63,439 nt of DNA, taken from positions 1-63,439 of the IMG/VR virus record IMGVR_UViG_3300036466_000234; one strand, written 5' to 3'. Positions 39,206-47,621 of this stretch are shown here, one piece after another (positions within the stretch are counted from its first letter, which is position 1; each line of letters opens with the position of its first letter). This DNA is from a virus (lineage: Duplodnaviria; Caudoviricetes). A program made the position numbers and the translations under genes. The notes beneath the pieces were generated by a model, which worked only from the letters and a program-made list of their open reading frames with translations, made no database searches and had not been told where the DNA came from.

Positions 39206-39841
39206 ATGAAACAAATAATTAAGTTTTTTGAAAGTAAGGATATTGAATTTAGAGATGAAAATGGCGAGGTATATATGAGGGCTAACAGCGTAGCAGATAG
39301 TAAAACTATTGAAAACTGGAAAGCAAGCCCTAATACTAAGAGGTATATTGAGGCATTAATAAACTCCCTAGATTCTAGTGAGTATGTAAAAACGCTTGAA
39401 AATTCTAGCAAAAAAAGATATCCTATAGAATTTGTAATTGTTCAAGAAGGTAGAAATGGTGGAACATGGATTCATGAAAAACTAATATTAAATTTTGCAA
39501 AATGGATTTCGGTTGATTTTGAAATATGGGTTGATAATGTAATTAAAAAAATCCTACAGGATGGATATTATATTTCCAAAGATATAAATGAAAAACAAAT
39601 TGAGAAATTAAAGCAAACCCTAAATTCTATGGAGTTAGAATTATTAAGAACGAAAAGCTCTCTTCAAACTATATATAGGCAAAAAGAAGAATACAGAATT
39701 AGAATGGAAAAAACGAAAGAGTACAAAGCTGACTATTATTCATTTGAGAGAGAATTGCGTGATAGAAATGAAATTATTCAAAAGCAAAATACAATGTTAG
39801 CACAAGCTAGATTGGAAATTAAAGAAATGGAGGGTGAGTAA
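39206..39841 (+). CDS. KilA-N domain protein
   Basis: IENWKASPNTKRYI...GGTWIHEKLILNFAKWISVDFEIW. Confidence 0.88.
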   Translation: MKQIIKFFESKDIEFRDENGEVYMRANSVADSKTIENWKASPNTKRYIEALINSLDSSEYVKTLENSSKKRYPIEFVIVQEGRNGGTWIHEKLILNFAKWISVDFEIWVDNVIKKILQDGYYISKDINEKQIEKLKQTLNSMELELLRTKSSLQTIYRQKEEYRIRMEKTKEYKADYYSFERELRDRNEIIQKQNTMLAQARLEIKEMEGE

Positions 39842-39967
39842 TGGAATTTATATTACTAGCAATGTGTTGTTTTATAGCTTTTATGCTTGGCAAATCACAT
39901 GGAGGATTTGAAGGCTATACAGAAGGATATAAGGATGGCAAAGAATTAGGTAAACTTATAGGTAGGC

Positions 39968-40261
39968 ATGAAGAAAAGTATGGTGAGAAATATGAATAAT
40001 GCTAGAAATAAATTAATTAAACTCGTGAAGCAATTAGATATTAATGGCAAAGTATATGTTGTTAATAGTGGTACATATAACGAATACGAACAGACAATAT
40101 TATTAGTGGCAAAGTCTTTTGAAATTGCGGAGAGATATTGTAAGCACTTAGCAAAGCCTAAAAGTGGAAATTGGACTTTTAATAAATATAAAAGAATAGA
40201 TGAAAACACGTGGGAATGTGGCTATAATTATATAGCTATTGAAGAATTTAAATTATATTAG
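39968..40261 (+). CDS. Hypothetical protein
   Basis: KVYVV...IEEFKL small phage protein pattern. Confidence 0.5.
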   Translation: MKKSMVRNMNNARNKLIKLVKQLDINGKVYVVNSGTYNEYEQTILLVAKSFEIAERYCKHLAKPKSGNWTFNKYKRIDENTWECGYNYIAIEEFKLY

Positions 40262-40328
40262 AGGTAAAATTATGATAACATTGATTAAACATCTATTAAA
40301 TATTAAAATTAAATATGGGAGGTAGGAA

Positions 40329-40538
40329 ATGTATTTAGTAACTAATAGAGATGACGAAAAAGTTTGTGAGACAATACCTACGTATGAAAAAAATTATAAT
40401 GAATATAAGGATATTATATTAAATATGGACTACAAACTATTTGAATTTCAAACTAGAGATGGAAATGAAGCTATATTTTATATTACGCCCGATAGATTAA
40501 CTTTTAAAGGCTGTATAGGTGTGATAGTAGATGAATAG
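40329..40538 (+). CDS. Hypothetical protein
   Basis: GGGAGG RBS. Confidence 0.55.
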   Translation: MYLVTNRDDEKVCETIPTYEKNYNEYKDIILNMDYKLFEFQTRDGNEAIFYITPDRLTFKGCIGVIVDE

Positions 40539-40559
40539 AAATGAATTGTTAGGATTTAT

Positions 40560-40605
40560 CGAAGTTAGCCGTAAATCCCCTGCCTTTAGGCATGGGGAGT
40601 GTCAA
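40560..40605 (+). mobile_element. 46-bp IS200/IS605-derived miniature element (PATE-like)
   Basis: Inserted after TTTAT; CCCCTGCCTTTAGGCATGGGG hairpin; ends GTGTCAA; removal restores ORF 40531-40675. Confidence 0.8.
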
Positions 40606-40684
40606 ATATGAATTATTGGCAAGTCATTCTCGTGGTGAGAATCAGTTAATGTTTAGATTTGGGTATGAAATATAAGGAGGACTA

Positions 40685-40898
40685 TATGATAGAAAAATTA
40701 TATTTTCACAGAGGTAAAGATGAGAATTGGGATATAATAGACAAGGCTGAGGAGTTAGAATATGAATGTGCTAACAATTTATCATATCTAGGCTATGAGA
40801 TAGGCATGAAAGTTGAAATCAGCCCTAATGGAAAAGTTAAAATATTGCAATTAGAGGGTGTAGATATTTCAGATAAAGAAATTTATATGAATGTATAG
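40685..40898 (+). CDS. Hypothetical protein (start near MIEKLYF; coordinate approximate)
   Basis: AAGGAGG RBS. Confidence 0.55.
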
Positions 40899-40906
40899 GA
40901 GGCATT

Positions 40907-41194
40907 ATGAGTAAAAAAATAAAAGATTTTTGTTTGCATACTCTCTACTTGAATAATTTAGATCATAAAGATATCAAATTGAGAATAACAGAAATGGGTG
41001 TTGGAAATATAGTCCAACACCTTGAGGATTCAGACTATTTCGTATTTTGTTATAGATATTATGATGGTGAATTGGTTGAAATATTTAGAAGGGGCAATCA
41101 TTATTTTAGAAGAATTAATCATTATGAGTGGACAATTTGTGATAGCCATGATATAATATGGGAGTGTAGAGAGGTATTGAGAAATGTGGAATAA
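40907..41194 (+). CDS. Hypothetical protein
   Basis: AGGAGG RBS. Confidence 0.55.
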   Translation: MSKKIKDFCLHTLYLNNLDHKDIKLRITEMGVGNIVQHLEDSDYFVFCYRYYDGELVEIFRRGNHYFRRINHYEWTICDSHDIIWECREVLRNVE

Positions 41195-41358
41195 AAAACA
41201 AAAGAAAATGTATAATGAATATATTAAGTGGGAAGATGAAGAATTACTGACTGTGTATAAATCTTTAATATCCGACTTGGAGTATAATTATTCTACATCT
41301 CTTAGCAAAGAATTGGATGTTGTTGAAAAAATAATATTGAATAGAATGGAGGGGTAAA

Positions 41359-41616
41359 ATGGAAAGAGTGAGTGTAGAAATGAAAGCAATGCCATATGTT
41401 ATGGAAGAATTTGATGCAAGGGAATATGAACCTATTGAGACAATTTCATCTATATATTTAGGTGACAAGATAGCTGTGTTACATGCAGATGTTAAGGATT
41501 GTAAGATATATTTAAATGGTGAGTTAATATCATATGACGAATTTATGGATATGTATAATGAATATCTAAATAACATACCATTGCCTAATATGGGATTAGG
41601 ATTAGGTGGAATGTAA
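41359..41616 (+). CDS. Hypothetical protein
   Basis: GGAGGGG RBS. Confidence 0.55.
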   Translation: MERVSVEMKAMPYVMEEFDAREYEPIETISSIYLGDKIAVLHADVKDCKIYLNGELISYDEFMDMYNEYLNNIPLPNMGLGLGGM

Positions 41617-41711
41617 TGAAAATTAAAAAACCTAAACTCAAAGATAGGAAATATAAAAAGAAATTTGCATTTTTACCAGTAGATGTTGGAGATAATAATC
41701 ATTAAATAGGG

Positions 41712-43202
41712 GTGGGTATGAATAAGTATACTGATGAACAATTAGCAATAATAAATAGCAATGAACCTGTTATAATCGGAGAAGCGGTAAGTGGAAGCGG
41801 TAAATCTAGCACTGCTATTGGGTTTGCAGAGGTTAGAAAAGATAAAAAAATATTATATTGTGTATTCAATTCTAGTATGAAAAAAGAGGCAGAGTGTGAT
41901 TTTAAACATCTTCCCAACGTAACTGTAAAAACCACACATGGTTTAGCATATGCTAAATTTGGGAATAAATATAAAAATAAATTATTAAGAGGAAATTATA
42001 GAGTTGCAGATGTTATAAGTGATTTAAGATTAGGAAAGAAAGATTTTGAGTTTGCTAGTCAAATATTGGAAATATATGAGTATTATTTAACTTCCGATTT
42101 TCATTCGCTAGACGAAGCGGTGGATTCTAGGTATAAAAATGACACCACCATGAAGAAGAATTTAATAAAATATGCTAATAAGTTATGGAAGAAGAAAGAA
42201 GATGTGAATAGTGGTGTGGGGATTGAGCATAACTTTTATCTCAAGTTGTACCATTTGTCCAAACCAAACTTAGGTGACGTATATGACGTTCTTATCGCAG
42301 ATGAGTCACAAGATCTGAATCGGTTGTCTATCAATTTGATTGAAAATGCTACATGTAAACAGAAACTCGTAACTGGGGATTCTCGCCAACAAATTTATTC
42401 TTGGAATGGTGCAAAGAACGCACTTAACAGAATTGAAGGTGTTAGATATGCTTTATCTAACTCATTCAGAGTGGGACAGAGAACTGCTGAAATTTGCAAC
42501 TATATCTATAAAGAATTTCTCAATGAGGATTTAGATATGAAAGGCTTGAATGAAAATCACAACATATACTCTCACAAAAGCCTTGACATCCATTCTAAGA
42601 GTGGTATAACAGTCATCTGTAGGAGAAACTCAACTGTGCTTGCAAATGCTCTAGAATCGGCTGAGAGAGGTCGTAGAATCTATTTTATAGGTGGCATTAG
42701 AGGATATAAATTAGATTTATATAGATCGGCATATTATTTTATGGTGACAGGAAAAACAAAAGAGCCAATGCTATCTAAATTCTCATCATGGAGGGAGATG
42801 GTGGAATGTGCAGACGAAACAGATGATGTTGAATTAAATACTTTAATTAATATTGTCAAAACTTATAATAAGAAAATCCCCGATGGTGTGGAAAAAATTA
42901 AAGAATATACTGTCAATAAAATGAGTGAAGCGGACATTATACTCACCACAGCTCATAAGTCTAAAGGCTTGACTATTATGGGAGAGGGCGTGGTATTAGA
43001 AAAAGATTTAATTAACCTATGTGAGTTAAAGGAGGCTATCACATCTATGGCATATAGTGGCGATTTAGAAAATGCCATGAAATATCTTGAAAGCCATAGA
43101 GAAGAGTTAAATTTACTATATGTAGCACTTACTAGGTCAAAGACAAATCTGTATTTAAATGATGATATTATACAATATTTAAGGGGGGTAAAATGGAGCT
43201 AA
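41712..43202 (+). CDS. Superfamily 1 (UvrD-like) DNA helicase
   Basis: AVSGSGKS, VFN, ADESQD, GDSRQQIY, SFR, TAHKSKGL, LLYVALTR. Confidence 0.92.
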   Translation: MGMNKYTDEQLAIINSNEPVIIGEAVSGSGKSSTAIGFAEVRKDKKILYCVFNSSMKKEAECDFKHLPNVTVKTTHGLAYAKFGNKYKNKLLRGNYRVADVISDLRLGKKDFEFASQILEIYEYYLTSDFHSLDEAVDSRYKNDTTMKKNLIKYANKLWKKKEDVNSGVGIEHNFYLKLYHLSKPNLGDVYDVLIADESQDLNRLSINLIENATCKQKLVTGDSRQQIYSWNGAKNALNRIEGVRYALSNSFRVGQRTAEICNYIYKEFLNEDLDMKGLNENHNIYSHKSLDIHSKSGITVICRRNSTVLANALESAERGRRIYFIGGIRGYKLDLYRSAYYFMVTGKTKEPMLSKFSSWREMVECADETDDVELNTLINIVKTYNKKIPDGVEKIKEYTVNKMSEADIILTTAHKSKGLTIMGEGVVLEKDLINLCELKEAITSMAYSGDLENAMKYLESHREELNLLYVALTRSKTNLYLNDDIIQYLRGVKWS

Positions 43203-43933
43203 TAAAAGTTGAAATAAATGAAAAAGGTGAACAGTTAGTCAGCGGAAGAGAATTGCATAAATTTTTAGAAAATACCGAAAGGTTTAGTTCTTGGTTTAAC
43301 AGACAATTAGCATATGGCTTTGAAGAAGATGTGGATTATGTAGGGTGTAAAACTTTTAACACCCTTGCAAATACTGAACTACAGGACTATATTATTAAAA
43401 TTAGTATGGCTAAAGAAATATCTATGATACAAAGAAATGAGAAAGGCAAGCTCGCTAGAAAATATTTCATTGATTGTGAAAGGCGATTGTTAGAAGTGGA
43501 TAAAAAGAAAATGCTGTTAGCAGACTTATTCGATGATGACAAAATGGTGGTTGTAAATGCTCATAAGAAATTAGTTGAAATAGAAAAGCAACCCTTATTG
43601 GATAAAATTGAAATAGATAAACCTAGAGTTGAATTTGCAGAAACTATAGAGAGGTCATCCGATAGTATTTTAGTAAGAGACGTGTCTAAAATATTAGCAA
43701 ATGAGGGGATTAAATTTGGTGAGAAGAAATTATATGCTTGGCTTAGAGAAAATAGTTTAATTGAAAAGTGTAAAAATATTCCTACTCAAAAAGGAATAGA
43801 TTTGGGGTTGTTTGTTGTCATAGAGAGTGTATACAATACTGCATACGGAAAGAAGATATCATTCACACCTAAAGTTACAGGCAAAGGTCAAGTGTATATC
43901 GTTCAAAGAATAAAAAAGGAGTTTCAAGCATAA
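43193..43933 (+). CDS. AntA/AntB antirepressor with KilAC domain
   Basis: VSGRELHKFL...MAKEISMIQRNEKGKLARKYF; KVTGKGQVY. Confidence 0.9.
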   Translation: MELIKVEINEKGEQLVSGRELHKFLENTERFSSWFNRQLAYGFEEDVDYVGCKTFNTLANTELQDYIIKISMAKEISMIQRNEKGKLARKYFIDCERRLLEVDKKKMLLADLFDDDKMVVVNAHKKLVEIEKQPLLDKIEIDKPRVEFAETIERSSDSILVRDVSKILANEGIKFGEKKLYAWLRENSLIEKCKNIPTQKGIDLGLFVVIESVYNTAYGKKISFTPKVTGKGQVYIVQRIKKEFQA

Positions 43934-44133
43934 AATTGTATTTATTTTGTTATATTATACAACATTTGAGGGATTGAGTTTTGTCACTACTGAATCGGTA
44001 TCTATATATGTGAGTCGACTGAGTTGACTCCTCATCTCTCTTTTTCATATATCCTTTTTAAATCGCTTGGGGTAGCTAGCGTAAAAAGGATTTGTATATT
44101 CTAGCTACCCACCCCTTAAAAAATAATTTTTAC

Positions 44134-44162
44134 TTGACTTTTTTTCATTAACATGTTATAAT
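44134..44162 (+). promoter_or_regulatory. Promoter of the ncRNA island, TTGACT-17-TATAAT
   Basis: Consensus with TG extension. Confidence 0.75.
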
Positions 44163-44250
44163 TAATTTGTTCATTTGAATCACCTCCTAATATATATAGT
44201 TGCTCCATTTAAGGGATGATGGAGGGTAAAATTGGCATCCCTTTTCATAT

Positions 44251-44328
44251 AGGTGAGTTACCCAAATGGCAGGGTTCAGATAAAATTGATTATCTGTGGT
44301 GGAGGTTCGATTCCTTCCTCGCCTTTCA
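44251..44328 (+). tRNA. tRNA-like element with aberrant anticodon loop (identity unassignable)
   Basis: Acceptor AGGTGAG/CTCGCCT, D arm ACCC/GGGT, T arm GGAGG-TTCGATT-CCTTC, 10-nt anticodon loop, TCA 3' end. Confidence 0.6.
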
Positions 44329-44344
44329 TTAAAATCATATAGTG

Positions 44345-44697
44345 GTTATTTGTAATATGGTAGGGGAATTAATCCTTACGCCCACTTGTGAGTATAAGTT
44401 GTCACTGTAGGGAATATTGCAACTATAAATAAGTATATGTCAGACTCAAGTCGCCTGTAACAAGGAACTCCCTCATAGAAAGACTTTGTGGTAACAAAAG
44501 ATAACTTGGTGAGAGTATGTCACGTAACCGACCACCAACGAAATGCTATTCGGATGGTTAAAGCACCCTCCTGTGGGCGTTAAAAAATATAACAGGAAAA
44601 TGCTCAAGGCAAAGAGTGAAAAATAAGTCCAACCATCAATATTAACATAATAATCGAATACAGGAGTAATGGCTGAGTTTATTGCTCAGTCTTTTTT
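44345..44697 (+). ncRNA. Large structured non-coding RNA of about 350 nt; family unassigned
   Basis: Several long-range complementary segments in a locally GC-richer non-coding tract, closed by an intrinsic terminator. Confidence 0.6.
44671..44697 (+). terminator. Intrinsic terminator GGCTGAG-loop-CTCAGTC-TTTTTT
   Basis: Hairpin plus U-tract. Confidence 0.75.
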
Positions 44698-44719
44698 ATT
44701 ACACTATAAAGGAGGATAT

Positions 44720-45475
44720 ATGGGAAAGTTAAGCAGTAGCAGAGCATCGGAAAGGAAATATCAGAGGTTTTATTTAAGCAAGGATGAAGTTCCATTAAAT
44801 AATGTAGCACCATTAATAATTTATGAGAAGCCCGACAATCCATTAACTATCAATAGTTTGAGGGGAATTAACTACCAAGCTGTATCAAAAGAAAAGTTGG
44901 CACACAATCTAATATTTCAATGGCATGTGGAAGAATCTCTAAGAAGGGAAATGGCACACGAGAGGATTCGTAGCAATATCCTAGCTAGAAGAATGATCGA
45001 GAATGGATTAAATGCAGAGTTAGAAATTGATGAAATTAAAGAATATGAACAATCTTTTGCTACATCAATAAAGGATAGCATAGATATGGTTATGGAAAAT
45101 GCTCCTAGAGATATTCGTGAAGAAATTCTCACAAGAGTGAAAAATGAAATGGCTAAAGTATCTATGGAAATAAAGCAAGACTATGAATATAACTTATTCA
45201 GAATTGATACTCAATTAGCATACCTAGATTCGCTTATGGCAGATGTTGTTAGTTCTCAAGACAGAAGGATTCCATTAAAGGAGAAGACTAGCATAATGCA
45301 GAGACTTGCTAAAGAGCAAAGAGAAGCTATTAAAATGAAGAAGGAAATATTGCAAGATATGGGTGTAAATTTGAAAGAGTTGGGCAAAAGCCAAGAGATT
45401 AAGGATGATAGAATTGGAGGAGAGGAAGTTAGGAAGTATGGAAAGGTGAACTTATCTTCTCTTAGAGGTGATTAA
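44720..45475 (+). CDS. Putative terminase small subunit
   Basis: Helical protein directly upstream of terL; AAGGAGG RBS; positional inference. Confidence 0.5.
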   Translation: MGKLSSSRASERKYQRFYLSKDEVPLNNVAPLIIYEKPDNPLTINSLRGINYQAVSKEKLAHNLIFQWHVEESLRREMAHERIRSNILARRMIENGLNAELEIDEIKEYEQSFATSIKDSIDMVMENAPRDIREEILTRVKNEMAKVSMEIKQDYEYNLFRIDTQLAYLDSLMADVVSSQDRRIPLKEKTSIMQRLAKEQREAIKMKKEILQDMGVNLKELGKSQEIKDDRIGGEEVRKYGKVNLSSLRGD

Positions 45476-45477
45476 TA

Positions 45478-46233
45478 ATGTTGGATTTATCACTATCACG
45501 AGAGGAAATAGAACAGCTCAAATCTATTGAGGTATTGATAGAAGAAGTCAAAACCACAGAAGATGCAGATGAGCTAATAAAAATATTAGCTAGTAAACAT
45601 AATGTAGTAAAGTCATATCTGAGTGATCTAAGATTGAGCAATATGCCAGAGAAAGATGTTGAATATGTAAAGAGTGTCAACTCTAGAGTGTGGGGGATAT
45701 TAGAGCCTATCTATAATCATTTAGTTATAATGGCTAAGGAGCATATGAATCAATGGTATAAGAGGATTAAGAGAGAAAGTGGAGCTATAGACCCTAAGCT
45801 ATATGACTATCAAGAGGATTTAGCAAACTTTCTATTAGAAGCTATAATTAAGAATGAACTTACAGATACGATATATACATTGGTATTGAGTAGAGGAAGT
45901 GGAAAAACGTACACCCTGTCCGTTGTTGGAACATTCATTACGTTACATCACGATTCTTATATATTACACAATTCTAATACTGATTTTGTTATGATAATAT
46001 CAGCTCCTACTCAAAAGCAATTATCGGGATTCTATGATAATATATCAGATTTTATGAGTGTATCAAAAACTGTAGGTATTATATCAGATAAGAAATCCGA
46101 AACCTCAGAACTCAATCTAGTTCAAATTAAGGATAACGTGAGTGAAACTCAATTAATAACCTCTAATGGTGCAAGATTCGCCACCATCTTCTATAGGTTG
46201 GGAGCGGATTCAATAGAGGGATTACATTGTAAT
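45478..46233 (+). CDS. terL: Terminase large subunit, exon 1
   Basis: LYDYQ adenine-binding motif, Walker A LSRGSGKT, SAPTQKQ, IEGLHCN. Confidence 0.88.
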
Positions 46234-47621
46234 TAAAATAATAGTTACGTAACTTGGTGAACCTATAAATATAGGGTGTCATGTATGCACATGGCTAACG
46301 GTTTCCCCTTCGGTAACGATGATTGCTATGGCGACATAGTGGGATGTAAGCGAGCCTAAGTCCTACGGGATATGGTAATACCGTGCTGTTAATCTATTTG
46401 ACAATATTATAAAAATATGTTATAATGTGTCAATAGAGGAAGAGTGTAACGACTAAATTATATCAATATAGAATGATATAGAGACCGACAGGATGAAATG
46501 CCTGTTGGGTAGTGCCAAGTAACTCCCTCTAAAATATAATTTGGAGGTAATTATGGATAGATTTACAAAAAGGTGTTTATTGTATTAAAAATATAAAAAA
46601 TAATAAGGTGTATATAGGCTCTTCGAAAACATGCATTAGGGCTAGATGGATTAAACACAAATCTAAATTAAAGAATAATATACACCACTGTTTGTCAATG
46701 CAAGATGATTATAATAAAAATGGAATAAATATATTAGAGTTCGTTTTATTAAAAGATATGACTGACAGCAAATATTCCAATGATGACATATTAGATTTAG
46801 AACAGGATTATATAAATAAATACGAATCTTATAATTCTAAATATGGATATAATAATGCCCCTACATCAAGAGGTGGTAATTCTAATAATTGGAAAGTTGG
46901 CGTTTATAACAATAAAGGCGAGTTGATTGAAGTCCTTACAAGTCGTAGACAAGCTACAATAAAATATGATTATACTGGCACTACTAAAAATATAGAATAT
47001 AACCTTGATGGGCATATTAAAAAAATTTCTAATATAGGATATGTTTTTGTTGGCTATTATAAAGACGATAAGGTTATTAAGAATATCTTAGTAGAAGATG
47101 AAAGTGTGAATGATGTTTATTTGTACGATATATTAAATGATTGTGTTATTAAAAGGATTGGAAATAATATAGAATATAAAAATTTTTTAGAGGAAAATGG
47201 GAAGTCGAGAGATAATTCAAGACAAGCACTTGTTAATAATAGTGTTATTAAAGGCACAAACGGTTTAACGTATGTAGAAAAAAAGAATTTTCACATAGTT
47301 AGAAAAAATAATAAAGACTTAATGTGTTTGTGTTGTTTTGATTTAAATGGAAATTTACTTTCTATTGATTTATCTAAAAGTTTTTCTGGTGAGAAATTAG
47401 GATTGTTGCCAGACTCTATCAATTCTTGTTCGCAATCAAATAATTTAAAAAAATATAAAAGAAAAATGAGAACCTATAAAAGCTATATATTCCAACATTT
47501 TAAATTATCTGAAATTCCAAATAAAATAAACCCTTTAAATGGAAACATAATAGAGTTAAAGAGATAGTCTAGTCCGACTCTTAAATGAGTGTTAAAGTAT
47601 TGCGAAAGCAACGGTATTTCG
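46234..47621 (+). mobile_element. Group I intron in terL (1388 nt)
   Basis: Exon TGTAAT pairs with IGS GTTACG; P7 GACTA (46451)/TAGTC (47566); terminal G; splicing gives EGLHCN|LLMADEAKF (Walker B). Confidence 0.9.
46553..47567 (+). CDS. Intron-encoded GIY-YIG homing endonuclease with a +1 frameshift just after the start
   Basis: KGVYCIKNIKNNKVYIGSS...RWIKH...LEQDYI...GYN; the GGAGG-ATG at 46553 is out of frame with the GVY-YIG motif. Confidence 0.8.

Noticed and set aside
43968-44045. Second tRNA
   Set aside because: GAGGGAT/ATCTCTC closing stem and an internal hairpin, but no TTCG T-loop or D arm; more likely a terminator or small structured element.
44251-44697. tmRNA or RNase P RNA
   Set aside because: No GGGG...CCACCA tRNA-Ala-like ends, no tag ORF and no RNase P P4 consensus recognised.
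44669-44719. Upstream start (MAEF...) of the putative terS
   Set aside because: It overlaps the terminator; the ATG at 44720 has a strong AAGGAGG RBS.
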